Part shown: positions 9,515 through 20,317 of the stretch, piece by piece
Numbering within the stretch: the stretch's first letter is position 1
Layout of the letters: the number at the start of each line of letters is the position of its first letter
IMG/VR virus record: IMGVR_UViG_3300033485_000002
Span: 1-64,000 of that record
Direction: 5' to 3' (one strand)
Source of the DNA: a virus
DNA: 64,000 bases
Position numbers and translations under genes: made by a program
The notes under the pieces: generated by a model
Databases searched by the model: none
Seen by the model: only the letters and a program-made list of their open reading frames with translations
Told to the model about the DNA's origin: nothing

Positions 9515-10798
9515 ATGACAACGCCCCAAATGACTGCTGAACGTGATGGATTTGCTCACCTGCTAGATTGGAAGTTTGGCCGGGGGATCCATAAGCGAGA
9601 TAATTACGCTATTGTCAGAGGTATCGTAGAGTACAACCGTGACCCTGAGCATCGTGGACGGATCATGGTCCGGGTACTTGAAGATGGCCCAGAGATGAAG
9701 CTCGGTAAGGCGGAGCAACCTCGGGTAGCTAGCTTAGAGCTAGGCTGGTGTGATGCCCTCTTTGGCCATGGTTCTGGCATGGGATTTGGAGCGTTCACGG
9801 TTCCTCCTGTTGGTGCCAGGGTGTTCGTCATGTACGAACGGGGAGCCAGTGAGAATGGCCTTTACTTTGGTGGATGGTTTGCGAATGCACCTCGGCAACG
9901 GCGCTATGGTGTAACGAGAACAACTCTAAAACCTCCAGTTAACGATCTCCCGGACAAGCCTGGGTTCACGGAAGAGGGTCATACGGGTGGAGATTACATT
10001 TACCCCCCGAAGCCCACACCGTATGGTGGCTATTGGATGGAGCCACCTCGCCCGGAGATTCCACTCGAACTTGTCGAGATGGAAGATCATACCCCTGACA
10101 TCCAAATGTTTTTCAAGACCCTCAAAGGGGCTACATTAATTGCTAAAGAGCGCGATACTGTCGAAGAGTTAATGCTTATTGACCGATTAGGAGCCGAGCT
10201 TCGTTTTGAGTCAAATCTCATTTGGCAAGAGAACGGGGTGATTCGCCGGGGGATGAACTCAGCGACTCAGCTAGAGCCTATGGGGCTGGATAACCTGAAC
10301 CATGCCTCCCATAAGGTCTCGCTTCTTACCGCTACCCAAGCGGGCTTGGTCATGGAGAACAACATATATGGAGACGATGCCGTTCTACTCCAGTCACACG
10401 CCACTCCCAGCACAGTTGTACGTAACGCAGAACTATCCCCTACCCGCATGGCCGTTGAACTCGATGAGGGGCAGGGCCGACTCCGAATCATATACATGGA
10501 CGCCGGAGTTGAAATTGGGTCTATCACAATCGATATCGTATCCCGACGACTGGACATCCACGGCATTGAACATTTTCACCTGACCTCTTCCGAGGAGATC
10601 CTGTTAGAGGCTCCGAGGGTCCGGGTATGTGGGGACTTAGATGTAGAGGGCGAGATCCGGCACCTGGGCGGGAAGAAGCTGACCTTTATCGACAACGATA
10701 CCGACCCGTACGATTCACAAGCTCGTAACTTCTGGGACATCACACCTGCTAAGGGGTGGGAGGGGTTCCGCAAAGACGAAGATGTGGATAGGTGGTAG
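9515..10798 (+). CDS. Baseplate central spike (gp5/VgrG OB-fold)
   Basis: GIVEYNRDPEHRGRIMVRV and VPPVGARVFVMYERG..N.LYFGG are the gp5 OB-fold signature. Confidence 0.85.
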   Translation: MTTPQMTAERDGFAHLLDWKFGRGIHKRDNYAIVRGIVEYNRDPEHRGRIMVRVLEDGPEMKLGKAEQPRVASLELGWCDALFGHGSGMGFGAFTVPPVGARVFVMYERGASENGLYFGGWFANAPRQRRYGVTRTTLKPPVNDLPDKPGFTEEGHTGGDYIYPPKPTPYGGYWMEPPRPEIPLELVEMEDHTPDIQMFFKTLKGATLIAKERDTVEELMLIDRLGAELRFESNLIWQENGVIRRGMNSATQLEPMGLDNLNHASHKVSLLTATQAGLVMENNIYGDDAVLLQSHATPSTVVRNAELSPTRMAVELDEGQGRLRIIYMDAGVEIGSITIDIVSRRLDIHGIEHFHLTSSEEILLEAPRVRVCGDLDVEGEIRHLGGKKLTFIDNDTDPYDSQARNFWDITPAKGWEGFRKDEDVDRW

Positions 10799-10800
10799 TA

Positions 10801-13800
10801 ATGGCTGACCCAGTTAACCCGCACGATACAACAACCTACGGGCAGCAGCAGGAAGAGAAGCTCCAGCACAATAAGGCTGAGGGTGAAATTCGGGATCTGT
10901 ACGGTTACTACAGGTTCTCAGATCACCGGCTTACGAATATCGCCTTGAAGGAGAAGATCTATAAACGGCAGGAAGTGTGGTTTGAAGGCTACATGGACTG
11001 GTCGTTCAAAGAGTGTTTGTTCAAGGCACCTTTTCACTTTGGAGTCGAAGGAGAACGGCTAGAGGAAGATACTCGGGGGACCGAAAAGAACCCCGAGCCT
11101 TTCCCAGGGTATGGGTTCAACGGATTGAATTTCGAGACTTGCAAGTTCAAAATTGATGATCCTGAGTTATCACCACTATTTGAAATTAGGAATAACTGTA
11201 ACGTCGTGTTTAAAGGGTGTTCGTTTGAGAAAGGTTCCGGTGACATATATCCTACCCTCAGCACCGGGGACAATTGCCGAGTTGAGTTTATCAACTGCAA
11301 GTTTGAATGTTCCCTTGTTTTCGATACCTTCTGTGATGTGAAGTTTCGAGATTGTGAGTTTGCCGAAAATCTAACATCTTATGTTTCTGCTAGTGATCAT
11401 TGTAAGCTACACTTTACCAATTGCGATATGAACCACTCCCCAGAGAACGGGAACTGGATGAGTTTAGCTAATGACTGTTCGGTAGTAATTCATGGTGGAG
11501 CTAACCTTCCAAGTTTATTGGGTAAAACAGGTACAATATCTTTAGCTAATAATTGTCATGTAAAAATATACAAAATGAAGAAAGTTTGTTGTACCGAAGG
11601 AATTATTTTCTCTTTAACGAATGGTAGTAAGCTCGAAACATTTGATGTTGAAGAGATGTCTTGTGGTGCTGGGGTCTGTTTTGATATTGCAAATAGTGAA
11701 GTTTATGTACGCAATACAGAATTAATTAAAGCTGGGTTTGCGGCTATTTGTTTAAACGATGGTGTTTTTCGTAGCGATAATGTTAAAGAGATACGTGCTG
11801 GTCAAGGTAGTGCTATTGATGCTAGTAATGGCTCAAAGGCACAAATTAAGAACACTGAATCCATTATTTCCGGGAAGGGTAGTGCCGTTGTACTTATAGC
11901 GAGCACAGCAGATTTAGCAGATATTACTCTCGTTCAAGGGCTGCTTAGTGGGGTTAATGCTAGTGGGGCAGGGCGCTCCTACCTTCGTCGTGTAGAAACT
12001 GTAACCGGGGCGACCGAGTCAGGCATTGACCTGTCAGATGGTGTGGAGCTGTATGGTTACACAGTATCAACTATAAACGGGGGGCTGCTTGCGGGTGTTA
12101 CGCTAGACAGCGCACGTTTTGAAATCACTGACGGCACCACTATTCATGGGCCAAAAGGCGGAATTGTAGGCACCCAGGCCCATATTCGAGTAGAACAGGT
12201 GACAACGATTTCCGGAGATGATGAAGCCGGAATCTCTCTTGCTGACTCAGCATATGACATCCGAAATGTGCAAACTATGTCCGGAAAGTCCGGACTTACT
12301 ATGTCAAATTGTAGGGGAGTACTTCTTGACATCGGGACAATAAGTGGAGAGCAAGAGCCAGGAGCCATAATTGAGGATTGCTCCGGTCCTACCGAGTGGG
12401 ACACTATTACCACTATCTCTAGTAATAGCGGTGATGGTCTGGTCGTAGAAGGTAACCTTAAGCAGCTTCGTATCATCAACGTAGACACGATTACCAGTAC
12501 ATCTGCTAACGGTGTGTCCTGGACCCAAGCGTCTGGTACGGCCTTCCTCGGGCATGTACTTTCGATTACCTCGACTTCTGAAGTAGGAATGACTGCCACA
12601 GTCACCATCGGTAGCTTAACGCTGGAAGAAGTTGACACCATCACCGCTAAGATGGATGCGCTGAACATCGCGGGTACTGGGGAAGTCTATGGGAACATCC
12701 TTGGTACGTTAACGTCACAGGAAGGAACCGCTTTTTCGGTTTCGATGTCTTCGAGCGGTAAGGCACGTTTTCGTGACCTTGGTACCCTCACCTCGCAGGA
12801 AGGGACTGCGGCCTCTTTGACGGCTCAAGGAAGCGCCGAAGTTGCCCTGTGGGCAGTGACTGCTCCTATGTCCTCGCAAGAGGGAGACGCGGCGGTGCTC
12901 ACTGCGTCGGGAGACAGCTACATCACGCTCAGAGATATTGCCGGGATGACGAGCGAGGAGGGACGCCCACTGGTTGTTACGACTAGTGGAACGTCAGAAA
13001 CGTACATCTATAGCATCACGTCGGAATGTACCGCTGTAGAGGTGGCTGCTTGGACTCTTACTCTGAGCGGGCAATCCCAGGTGACGGTGCGTGAAACCGC
13101 AGGAGCTAGCTCCGAGAAGGGGCAGGCGGTAGTTGTGAATGTCGGTGCTGGTTCCATCTTGACGATGGACGACAACACGAAGTTTTCCAGTGTGGAGGAA
13201 ACTGCTTTTTCGGGTACGGTTCAGGGTACGCTCAAGGTCAACAACATGGACGAGATCAGCACCGAGGAAGGGCGCATGATCGTCCTGAGCGGTGGCACGG
13301 ACTCTTGGATCGAGTTTACGAATATTCCCACTATCAAAGGGACGAATCCTTCAGAAGATGCGGTTGAGATCACAGGTTCTGGAACTACTCGGTTAGTGAA
13401 CATCGATGAAATCGACGGTGGCAATCTCTCTAGGTACATTGTTGAGTTAACGAGTCTCGGGGCAGAGCTGGGGAAGATCGAAGTCATCGATGTACTTTCG
13501 ATCAAGGCTACGAACTGCCGAGGGGGGTTACTTGTCCAAAACTGTGGTGATATCGAGATCTACTGTACGACTTCGAAGGGGTCTATCGTTTGTGACACGG
13601 GGTCTACGCACTGTCTGAGCATCTTCTCCGGTAACGCTGTTGTCCGAAACTTCTCCGAGATCAAAAACAGCGATGGCTCGATGAACGGAGTTTACACGTA
13701 TGGGACTGGGCGTGTAACTCTTGAAAACATCGATCTTATGCAGGGGGAGCATGGTCTCTATGCGTATAATGTTAATCGAGAGTTACTGGTTTCGAACTGC

Positions 13801-15954
13801 CCCAGTATCAAAGCACCAGAAAGTGGTCAGTCTGCGTTGGAGATTTCTGGTCCGGGGCGAGTTGTTATCCAAGGGGTATCTCCTACAGTTGTTGAAGCTA
13901 AGGATGCGAACACCGTAGCCTTGAAGCTAACTGGAAATGGGGAAATTCGTAACGACTTCAGACTTTTAAATGTCGAAGTTACTGCAAGTAAAGGACAGAT
14001 TCAGTGTGAAAGTCTATCCGCGTACTTCTATGGTTGTCAGTTCGATGGGTCCACTTCTTTCACTCAGTGTACCGGAGAGCTTCAAACAACGGAGATGACA
14101 GTTGGGCTAGCGGTTAGCCAGTCAACTCTGGCTTTCTATGACACCAAGATCCAGCTCGGTACAAACGATGGCCCGGATCAAAATTTGACTGTTACTGATA
14201 GTACATTAACTGCTTATCGTTCTGAGGTTACTGGAGATAAGGAAGTCACGATTAGCGGGTCAGTGGTGGACTTCACTTGGACTACGACTGCCTTAGCTGG
14301 TGGCACTTGGACGACTACTGATAGTGTGCTTCGAGGGGTAAAGGCTGACTGGGACAAGGATATTGACGCTAGCGCTTCATCCGTGCTTCAATTTACGAAG
14401 ACCGACGCTGCAAATATCACCTTAAGTGGTGCTGACCAAGTTATCGAAGGGCATCTTCTGACTGCGGATAACCTTTCAATCGGGGCGACGTGTGCGGGGT
14501 TCATGTCCCATTTGACTGCGACTGCTCCTGTTTCTACGGGAGCTGATACAGCTTTGTTCGTGAACTACGGTGCTCTGGATGGCGTACAGCTTGGGCAGGC
14601 AAACGGAGTAGTTCTGAATCGGGTGACTTCGGGGCAGACAACTCTAGCAACTGATATGGCTTTGTTTGTGAATTACGGTGCTCTGGGTGCTTTACAGTTC
14701 GGGCAGGCTACTGGTGTAGTTTTGAACCGAGTGACTTCGGGGCAAACAACTCTAGCAACTGATATCGGGTTGGTAATGAATTGGGTGGACTCTGGGGCGT
14801 TTACGGCTAGTAGTGATGACGCTATCATTGCAAACAACTATAGGACTTCATCGAACGTTACAACTAGTAGTGGTTGTGGCATCGTTGGTGCCAGGATGCG
14901 AACGACTGCTGCATGGAATATTGGACAAGATAACGGTATCATTTCAGCTAAAGGTTCTGGTAGTTGGAGTACTAGTGCTTCGGGTATTGGTGCTCTCTTT
15001 GCTAAACATGACACAGCAATTTCGGCAGGTGGGTCAAATGTAGGTATTATCGGCGCTTCAATGGCTTATGATTTAACGCTTAGTGGGAGTACTACTGGTA
15101 TCGTTGTTGCTTCTCAGGCAGGAGCATCAGAAGCAAAAGGTGTAGTCGCCGCTTATTCAGCCGAGGTTACTGGGTATGGAACAATTATGGCTGCTGGTGG
15201 GGATATCACTGCCGATAATGGGCTTGTAGCCGCAGGATGTACTGGTATTGGATCCGGTGGTTATGGGTGTGTTGCTTCCGGTGGGGCAGGTTCTCCAGAT
15301 GGGAAAGGATGTGTTGCCATTGGGGGGGAGTACACGGCAGTATCTGGTAGTAAGGGGGTTGCTGCTGTTGGACCAGAAAGCTGTGGTTCTTTAACCGCAG
15401 GAGAAAATGCTGGGATGTTGGCGTTAGGAAAACATTTTTCAGCTATTTCTACCCCAACAAGTGGGGGGGCTATGTTAGCTGGTACCGAGGTTGACTTAAC
15501 TTTGGGGGGTTCCTCCGGTACTATTTTAGCCGGTTGTTCAGTCCCAAGTGGACTTACTGTGACTACTACTGGTGCAGTAATTGGGGCGGCTGTTTCTTCT
15601 TCAGCGGCGCATAGTGTAACAGGGGATGCAGTTTTACTCGGTAACCAACACTCAACTGGTACTGGGCGAGCAATTACTATGACAAGCCAGACAGATTGTT
15701 TAAATCTTGGGTCAACACAACAAACAGCTATAAAATTTAATACTAATTCAATCGGATTATATAATGCTTCTGGTGGTTCATTTGTGGAAGAAAGTGGTGA
15801 TGGTGGTGAGAGTCCTGGAACGGCTATAGTACTCGGGGCTAATGATCCCTATAGGGGGGCAAGTATTAAACAGCAAGTACGAATTGCTGGAGTTGGAATT
15901 ACAGATTTATCCCCAATTATTCATCATAATTATCCTTATTATGACCCACAATAG
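10801..15954 (+). CDS. Very large beta-helix/solenoid virion protein
   Basis: ~1717 aa of short Ser/Thr/Gly/Val repeats (e.g. TLTSQEGTA), Cys-rich N-terminus; located between spike and gp25. Confidence 0.7.
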   Translation: MADPVNPHDTTTYGQQQEEKLQHNKAEGEIRDLYGYYRFSDHRLTNIALKEKIYKRQEVWFEGYMDWSFKECLFKAPFHFGVEGERLEEDTRGTEKNPEPFPGYGFNGLNFETCKFKIDDPELSPLFEIRNNCNVVFKGCSFEKGSGDIYPTLSTGDNCRVEFINCKFECSLVFDTFCDVKFRDCEFAENLTSYVSASDHCKLHFTNCDMNHSPENGNWMSLANDCSVVIHGGANLPSLLGKTGTISLANNCHVKIYKMKKVCCTEGIIFSLTNGSKLETFDVEEMSCGAGVCFDIANSEVYVRNTELIKAGFAAICLNDGVFRSDNVKEIRAGQGSAIDASNGSKAQIKNTESIISGKGSAVVLIASTADLADITLVQGLLSGVNASGAGRSYLRRVETVTGATESGIDLSDGVELYGYTVSTINGGLLAGVTLDSARFEITDGTTIHGPKGGIVGTQAHIRVEQVTTISGDDEAGISLADSAYDIRNVQTMSGKSGLTMSNCRGVLLDIGTISGEQEPGAIIEDCSGPTEWDTITTISSNSGDGLVVEGNLKQLRIINVDTITSTSANGVSWTQASGTAFLGHVLSITSTSEVGMTATVTIGSLTLEEVDTITAKMDALNIAGTGEVYGNILGTLTSQEGTAFSVSMSSSGKARFRDLGTLTSQEGTAASLTAQGSAEVALWAVTAPMSSQEGDAAVLTASGDSYITLRDIAGMTSEEGRPLVVTTSGTSETYIYSITSECTAVEVAAWTLTLSGQSQVTVRETAGASSEKGQAVVVNVGAGSILTMDDNTKFSSVEETAFSGTVQGTLKVNNMDEISTEEGRMIVLSGGTDSWIEFTNIPTIKGTNPSEDAVEITGSGTTRLVNIDEIDGGNLSRYIVELTSLGAELGKIEVIDVLSIKATNCRGGLLVQNCGDIEIYCTTSKGSIVCDTGSTHCLSIFSGNAVVRNFSEIKNSDGSMNGVYTYGTGRVTLENIDLMQGEHGLYAYNVNRELLVSNCPSIKAPESGQSALEISGPGRVVIQGVSPTVVEAKDANTVALKLTGNGEIRNDFRLLNVEVTASKGQIQCESLSAYFYGCQFDGSTSFTQCTGELQTTEMTVGLAVSQSTLAFYDTKIQLGTNDGPDQNLTVTDSTLTAYRSEVTGDKEVTISGSVVDFTWTTTALAGGTWTTTDSVLRGVKADWDKDIDASASSVLQFTKTDAANITLSGADQVIEGHLLTADNLSIGATCAGFMSHLTATAPVSTGADTALFVNYGALDGVQLGQANGVVLNRVTSGQTTLATDMALFVNYGALGALQFGQATGVVLNRVTSGQTTLATDIGLVMNWVDSGAFTASSDDAIIANNYRTSSNVTTSSGCGIVGARMRTTAAWNIGQDNGIISAKGSGSWSTSASGIGALFAKHDTAISAGGSNVGIIGASMAYDLTLSGSTTGIVVASQAGASEAKGVVAAYSAEVTGYGTIMAAGGDITADNGLVAAGCTGIGSGGYGCVASGGAGSPDGKGCVAIGGEYTAVSGSKGVAAVGPESCGSLTAGENAGMLALGKHFSAISTPTSGGAMLAGTEVDLTLGGSSGTILAGCSVPSGLTVTTTGAVIGAAVSSSAAHSVTGDAVLLGNQHSTGTGRAITMTSQTDCLNLGSTQQTAIKFNTNSIGLYNASGGSFVEESGDGGESPGTAIVLGANDPYRGASIKQQVRIAGVGITDLSPIIHHNYPYYDPQ
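14551..14765 (+). repeat. 108-nt (36-aa) tandem duplication in the solenoid gene
   Basis: ALFVNYGAL....GQA.GVVLNRVTSGQTTLATD twice, starting at 14551 and 14659. Confidence 0.9.
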
Positions 15955-15969
15955 TGTATAGGAGAGTAT

Positions 15970-16320
15970 ATGAACATCCAGCGGCGGATTGCATACCGTT
16001 ATTTAAATGTTGTAGGTAATACAGGTTACATAGCTTTAGATTGTATTGAAGATGTTCGTTTATCCGATTTTGCGCATAATTATTCAAAATGGTGGACTAC
16101 TGCGTTTGCAGTTCGTAAAACAGCAGAATATGATGGTTCTAAAGTAAGTAATTATTATGTTCCTGGTGTCTACTCATTAATCTTGGAAGGTTCTACTAAA
16201 ACTTTTGCTCGTGGCTGGCCTGTTGCTATTTCAGGCGCGCTTTTATCCGATGGTCGGCGTTTAGTAAAATACAAAACTACGTATCTTCCCTCTGATAAAG
16301 GTATTTTTGTGAGCCAATAA
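15970..16320 (+). CDS. Hypothetical protein
   Basis: AGGAG RBS, 116 aa, in operon. Confidence 0.7.
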   Translation: MNIQRRIAYRYLNVVGNTGYIALDCIEDVRLSDFAHNYSKWWTTAFAVRKTAEYDGSKVSNYYVPGVYSLILEGSTKTFARGWPVAISGALLSDGRRLVKYKTTYLPSDKGIFVSQ

Positions 16321-16322
16321 TA

Positions 16323-17024
16323 ATGTTCAACTATACGATTCAATATCCTAACTTAAACTACTCGGCAAAATACACGCCGAGATCAGTGCGTAAAAGTAAG
16401 CTCACAACCGCAGAGCAGATCATGGTGGACATCACCCCCTTAGACCGAGGGGACCGGGTGAACTATATCCCCGGTGATATCACCCAAAACGTTTTAGCTG
16501 GTGCGGTTTGGGTGGCGGCGACCTTGAACCTCTATACAGCTAAAATAGTTGCAACTACACCTGTCCCAGTCATTCTTGGGGATACCGAGTTGGGGTTGGC
16601 AATAAGCTGTCGAGAAGTACCAACTTCTCTTTACGCAACGGTGGAGCAGCTAAACAAGATGGTTGCTTCTTTCTTGCTTCGGTTCGATTTGTACCGAGCA
16701 GCGACTTGGGACGAACTGCTTCTCGGCATGATGGAAGGATACAGCCCGTTGATCGGGGGCACGGTGTACTCAAGTTTCCTTTCTGCTAAAGATACCGGTG
16801 TCGTGCCCATGCCTAAGCCGGGGGAAGATTTATTGGGTGGTCATATTGTGAATCTGGTCTCGTTTGACCGAACTCAGGAGACAGGAATGGCGATCGGAAA
16901 CTTGGGGATGAGCTTCGGGAACTACGGAATGTTGACTTTCCGTGGCTCCTATCTCAGAAACCTGGGTATTTGTCGCGATTTCTTTTTGCTGATTCCAAGG
17001 AAGGTTGAGCATGCCGTTCACTGA
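16323..17024 (+). CDS. Papain-like (C1) peptidase homologue lacking the catalytic Cys
   Basis: EGYSPLIGGTVYSSF, GVVPMP..GEDLLGGH.V.LV.FD and IGNLG..FG..G match the C1A C-terminal half; QNVLAGA replaces QGxxGSC. Confidence 0.65.
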   Translation: MFNYTIQYPNLNYSAKYTPRSVRKSKLTTAEQIMVDITPLDRGDRVNYIPGDITQNVLAGAVWVAATLNLYTAKIVATTPVPVILGDTELGLAISCREVPTSLYATVEQLNKMVASFLLRFDLYRAATWDELLLGMMEGYSPLIGGTVYSSFLSAKDTGVVPMPKPGEDLLGGHIVNLVSFDRTQETGMAIGNLGMSFGNYGMLTFRGSYLRNLGICRDFFLLIPRKVEHAVH

Positions 17025-17532
17025 TGAGGAACAGCGGATCGCCCAGCAGACGGTCGCCACTAACCTGTTGGAGATCATCGGGCAGGGCATTGCGTTCCCG
17101 TTTCAGTTTACTGTGGCGAAACAGATTGGCACGATTCGGCAGTCGAATGCCGGTGAGCGGATCAACGACTCGATTCACATCATCCTCTCAACCAGGATCG
17201 GTGAACGGCCTTTCAACCCCGAGTTTGGTAGTCGGCTTCCCGAGTTAGTGTTCGAGCCGAATGACGAGATTCTGAAGCGGTTACTGGTCTTCTACACTGC
17301 GGATGCTTTGAAACGGTGGGAGCGCCGTATCGAAGTCCTTCGTGTAGTCCTGTTAGAAGGATATAACGATGACTGGAACCAAGTTGGGGTTCAGGTCGAG
17401 TACACGATTCGGAATTCGCATATCCGAGGGAGCTATGTGTATCCCTTCGTTCGCGAGGGCATGCCCACTAGCGAGCTGTATACCGGAGTTGAAGCACGTC
17501 GGATGAGCACCTCCGGAATGGTGGTGGAGTAG
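17011..17532 (+). CDS. Baseplate wedge protein gp25/GPW-like
   Basis: I..SI.IILST..GERPFNPEFGSRL..LVFEP, AL.RWE.RI. Confidence 0.95.
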   Translation: MPFTDEEQRIAQQTVATNLLEIIGQGIAFPFQFTVAKQIGTIRQSNAGERINDSIHIILSTRIGERPFNPEFGSRLPELVFEPNDEILKRLLVFYTADALKRWERRIEVLRVVLLEGYNDDWNQVGVQVEYTIRNSHIRGSYVYPFVREGMPTSELYTGVEARRMSTSGMVVE

Positions 17533-17535
17533 CCC

Positions 17536-19056
17536 ATGGCAACCAAGTACAAAGCTGACTACTTTCTGAAAGACTACGCGACGATCCGTACCGAGATGAT
17601 TTCGCGCCTTCCGATCCTTTCGGATGGCAAGCTCACTGATCTTAACGAGTCGTCGATCAGTGTTACGTTGGTAGAAGTCTTTGCTGCTATCGCGGATATG
17701 CTTGGTTTTTATCTGGACTCCAATGCTCTGGAAGCCTTTCTTCCTACTGTTCGCCAGCCGGAAAACGTGTATCGGTTAGTTGACCTTATCGGTTATCGTA
17801 TTCGGGAAGTCACGGCAGCTCGGGTGCATGTACGTTTCTCTTTGCCAGCTATTTTGGTTGAGGAAGTGTTTATCCCGAAGGGTACTCAGATTGGGACTAC
17901 GAGTGGTGGTGGGCCAGGGAGCGAGGGGCTATTTCTGACCCTGGAAAACACTACGGTTCCAATTGGGCAAACTGAGAGTGAATTGGTCGAAGCTGTCCAA
18001 GGATACCGATATATCGAAACCTTCTTGAGCGACGGCACAGCGAATCAGTATTGTGTGTTAACGAGAGATAGTATCGACATCAGCACAATTGAAGTGACTA
18101 CAGGAACCGTCAAGTGGACTCAGGAAGAGTCCTTTCTGTACAGCGAGGATATTGATTTTGTCTACACAGTAAAGACCGATTACCTCGGTATTACTAGGAT
18201 TTACTTTGGTGATGGGAAATTTGGGCGAGTTCCTTCGGTGGGAGAGAACATCGGCGTGTCCTACATCCGTTCCTCGGGAGCCGCAGGGAACGTTGGAGCC
18301 AATTCGATTACGTTGGTGTTCTCTGATATCCGAACAGTGAGCACCAACTCGAAGGTCGAAGGAATCGCGGTGATCAACCCGGCTGCTGCCGCAGGTGGTA
18401 GCGACCGACAGTTGCTAGAAAGCGTGAAAACCAACGCTCCCGGCTCTCTGTCTGCGTTGTACCGACCTATGACTAAGTATGACTATACCACCCTCATTGC
18501 CCGTCTGGGGGGCATCCAGCACGTAAATGTGTGGGGTGAGCAGGAAGAGGATCCACCGTCTTACGAGAACATGAACTGGGCGAATGTGTGTCTTGTCCCG
18601 GTTGGGGGTGGGTTGCCATCTATCAATCTGCAATCGATCGTGCGGGATTACCTTGTGGAGTATCAGCCAATTACGGTGAGAGTTAGGTTTATTGACCCTG
18701 AGTACGTCTATCTTAATGTTTCGATGGATGTGTATACGCTTCCCGGTTACTCGTTAGAAGACATTCGTATCCAAATCACTGATGCTGTCAGGGTGTTTTT
18801 TGACTTAGAGAACGTCCAATTCGGTCAAGATATCCGAGCTTCTACCTTCTACAAGATCGCTATGAATATTGATGGGGTTGACCACGTGACCGTAGACGAT
18901 TTTGTAAAGGTAGTAGGCGATACGGAAACTGATTTAGGGCAAGAAGCCATTTTGCAAAAGTGGGAGATCCCGGTGTTGAACACCTTTACCATTTCGATTC
19001 AGGAAGCCACTGAGCTGCCGGTTCCTGACCTGTACCCAGACGAAGAGATCGAGTAG
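17536..19056 (+). CDS. Baseplate wedge protein (gp6 / baseplate J-like)
   Basis: KDY..IR, D.LGFYLD..A.E.FL.T, IYFGDG.FG..P, G.AGNV, GGSD, DY. Confidence 0.93.
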   Translation: MATKYKADYFLKDYATIRTEMISRLPILSDGKLTDLNESSISVTLVEVFAAIADMLGFYLDSNALEAFLPTVRQPENVYRLVDLIGYRIREVTAARVHVRFSLPAILVEEVFIPKGTQIGTTSGGGPGSEGLFLTLENTTVPIGQTESELVEAVQGYRYIETFLSDGTANQYCVLTRDSIDISTIEVTTGTVKWTQEESFLYSEDIDFVYTVKTDYLGITRIYFGDGKFGRVPSVGENIGVSYIRSSGAAGNVGANSITLVFSDIRTVSTNSKVEGIAVINPAAAAGGSDRQLLESVKTNAPGSLSALYRPMTKYDYTTLIARLGGIQHVNVWGEQEEDPPSYENMNWANVCLVPVGGGLPSINLQSIVRDYLVEYQPITVRVRFIDPEYVYLNVSMDVYTLPGYSLEDIRIQITDAVRVFFDLENVQFGQDIRASTFYKIAMNIDGVDHVTVDDFVKVVGDTETDLGQEAILQKWEIPVLNTFTISIQEATELPVPDLYPDEEIE

Positions 19057-19066
19057 GGAGTAAGCA

Positions 19067-20317
19067 ATGACATTTCCCATTATTGGTACTACAAGTGTTT
19101 GGGAGAACTGGAACGGGTCAGGACTCGGCTCCTGGCGTATGTGGTTCATGGCCCCATATGGATCATGGATATACGCCGGATTTGTACGTGACAATGAGGT
19201 CACTTACGAGAAGATCGATATTGGGCCGGTGGATACAAACTATGAACGTTACAGTTGGGATTTTGGACTAGCGGCGAATACTCCCGAGGATATCTTTACC
19301 CATGAGCAGCATGAGGGGAATCCAGATGGTGCGATTGGGTGTGGTTGCATTCGAGGAGCAACTCCTAAGTTGTATCTGATTGGGCGAGGAGATGCCGCTC
19401 CAGCCACTAATGCCGTTCTGCATCGATTTACGGTAGGAACGGGGTTTGTCCAACAAGCGCCAGGAACGATTCCGTTTGATGATTCTCTGACAGATACTCC
19501 GGTCAACATCAACCATGTTGCTGGGATTGAAGTTATTCAAGGGACCGCTTTCTTTCTTGTGCTCAATAACCGTGACACGAACGAGTTCCGGTTGTTTCGT
19601 TACCCCTATACGTGGACTGGTGGAGGGCAGAATCCTACCCATCATATCGAGCTTTCAACCAATTACATGGAGAATAACCTTGGCGCTCGGGTACGGGGGA
19701 TTGCTCGGGCCAGTGATGGCAACATTTTGGTTTTTGTGAACACAGGTGTTACAAATGCTTCCTGTAAGGTGTTGAAGTTCTCTAGTACCGATTTGAGCTA
19801 CTTGGGGCAGACTACCTGGACCCCGAATATCGCATCTGCAACTTGGGGCTATATTGTCCAAGTAGCCGAAGTGTTCATGCTTTTCCAGGGGCTGACCAGC
19901 AACTCTCTATATGATTGGAAGACTGCGATCTATTATGACAGAGCGACTGGGATCCCGGACGGGACGAAGAGCACCTTTATCATTGCTGATAACCTGACGA
20001 CTTTCGGGTCCAACGAGCCTATTACCTTGCAGTATGAAGCACGGGATGCGTTCAACATTGCGGTGACAGGAGTGAGCTGCAAGTTCACGATTAACGGTGA
20101 AGATGAGGATGACCCCACGACTTGGACTGACCGACTTGGCAGTATCCAAGGGAGTACAGGGGTTGATTTCTTCACGACAGATGATGTGCCAACTGCGATT
20201 TCGGCAATCGTGACTACTAACGGAAGCGGTGTTGCGACTGCCTATTATAAACCGATGCGCTCCGGCAGTGGCACGGAGATCGATGCGATTGATGTGTTCT
20301 GCCCCTCGGATACCTAA
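19067..20317 (+). CDS. Hypothetical baseplate/tail structural protein
   Basis: 416 aa, beta-rich; Ig-like C-terminus (TTNGSGVAT..Y). Confidence 0.6.
   Translation: MTFPIIGTTSVWENWNGSGLGSWRMWFMAPYGSWIYAGFVRDNEVTYEKIDIGPVDTNYERYSWDFGLAANTPEDIFTHEQHEGNPDGAIGCGCIRGATPKLYLIGRGDAAPATNAVLHRFTVGTGFVQQAPGTIPFDDSLTDTPVNINHVAGIEVIQGTAFFLVLNNRDTNEFRLFRYPYTWTGGGQNPTHHIELSTNYMENNLGARVRGIARASDGNILVFVNTGVTNASCKVLKFSSTDLSYLGQTTWTPNIASATWGYIVQVAEVFMLFQGLTSNSLYDWKTAIYYDRATGIPDGTKSTFIIADNLTTFGSNEPITLQYEARDAFNIAVTGVSCKFTINGEDEDDPTTWTDRLGSIQGSTGVDFFTTDDVPTAISAIVTTNGSGVATAYYKPMRSGSGTEIDAIDVFCPSDT

Noticed and set aside
14551-14765. Diversity-generating retroelement TR/VR pair
   Set aside because: Copies are tandem and in frame, differences are not adenine-specific, and no reverse transcriptase is in the window
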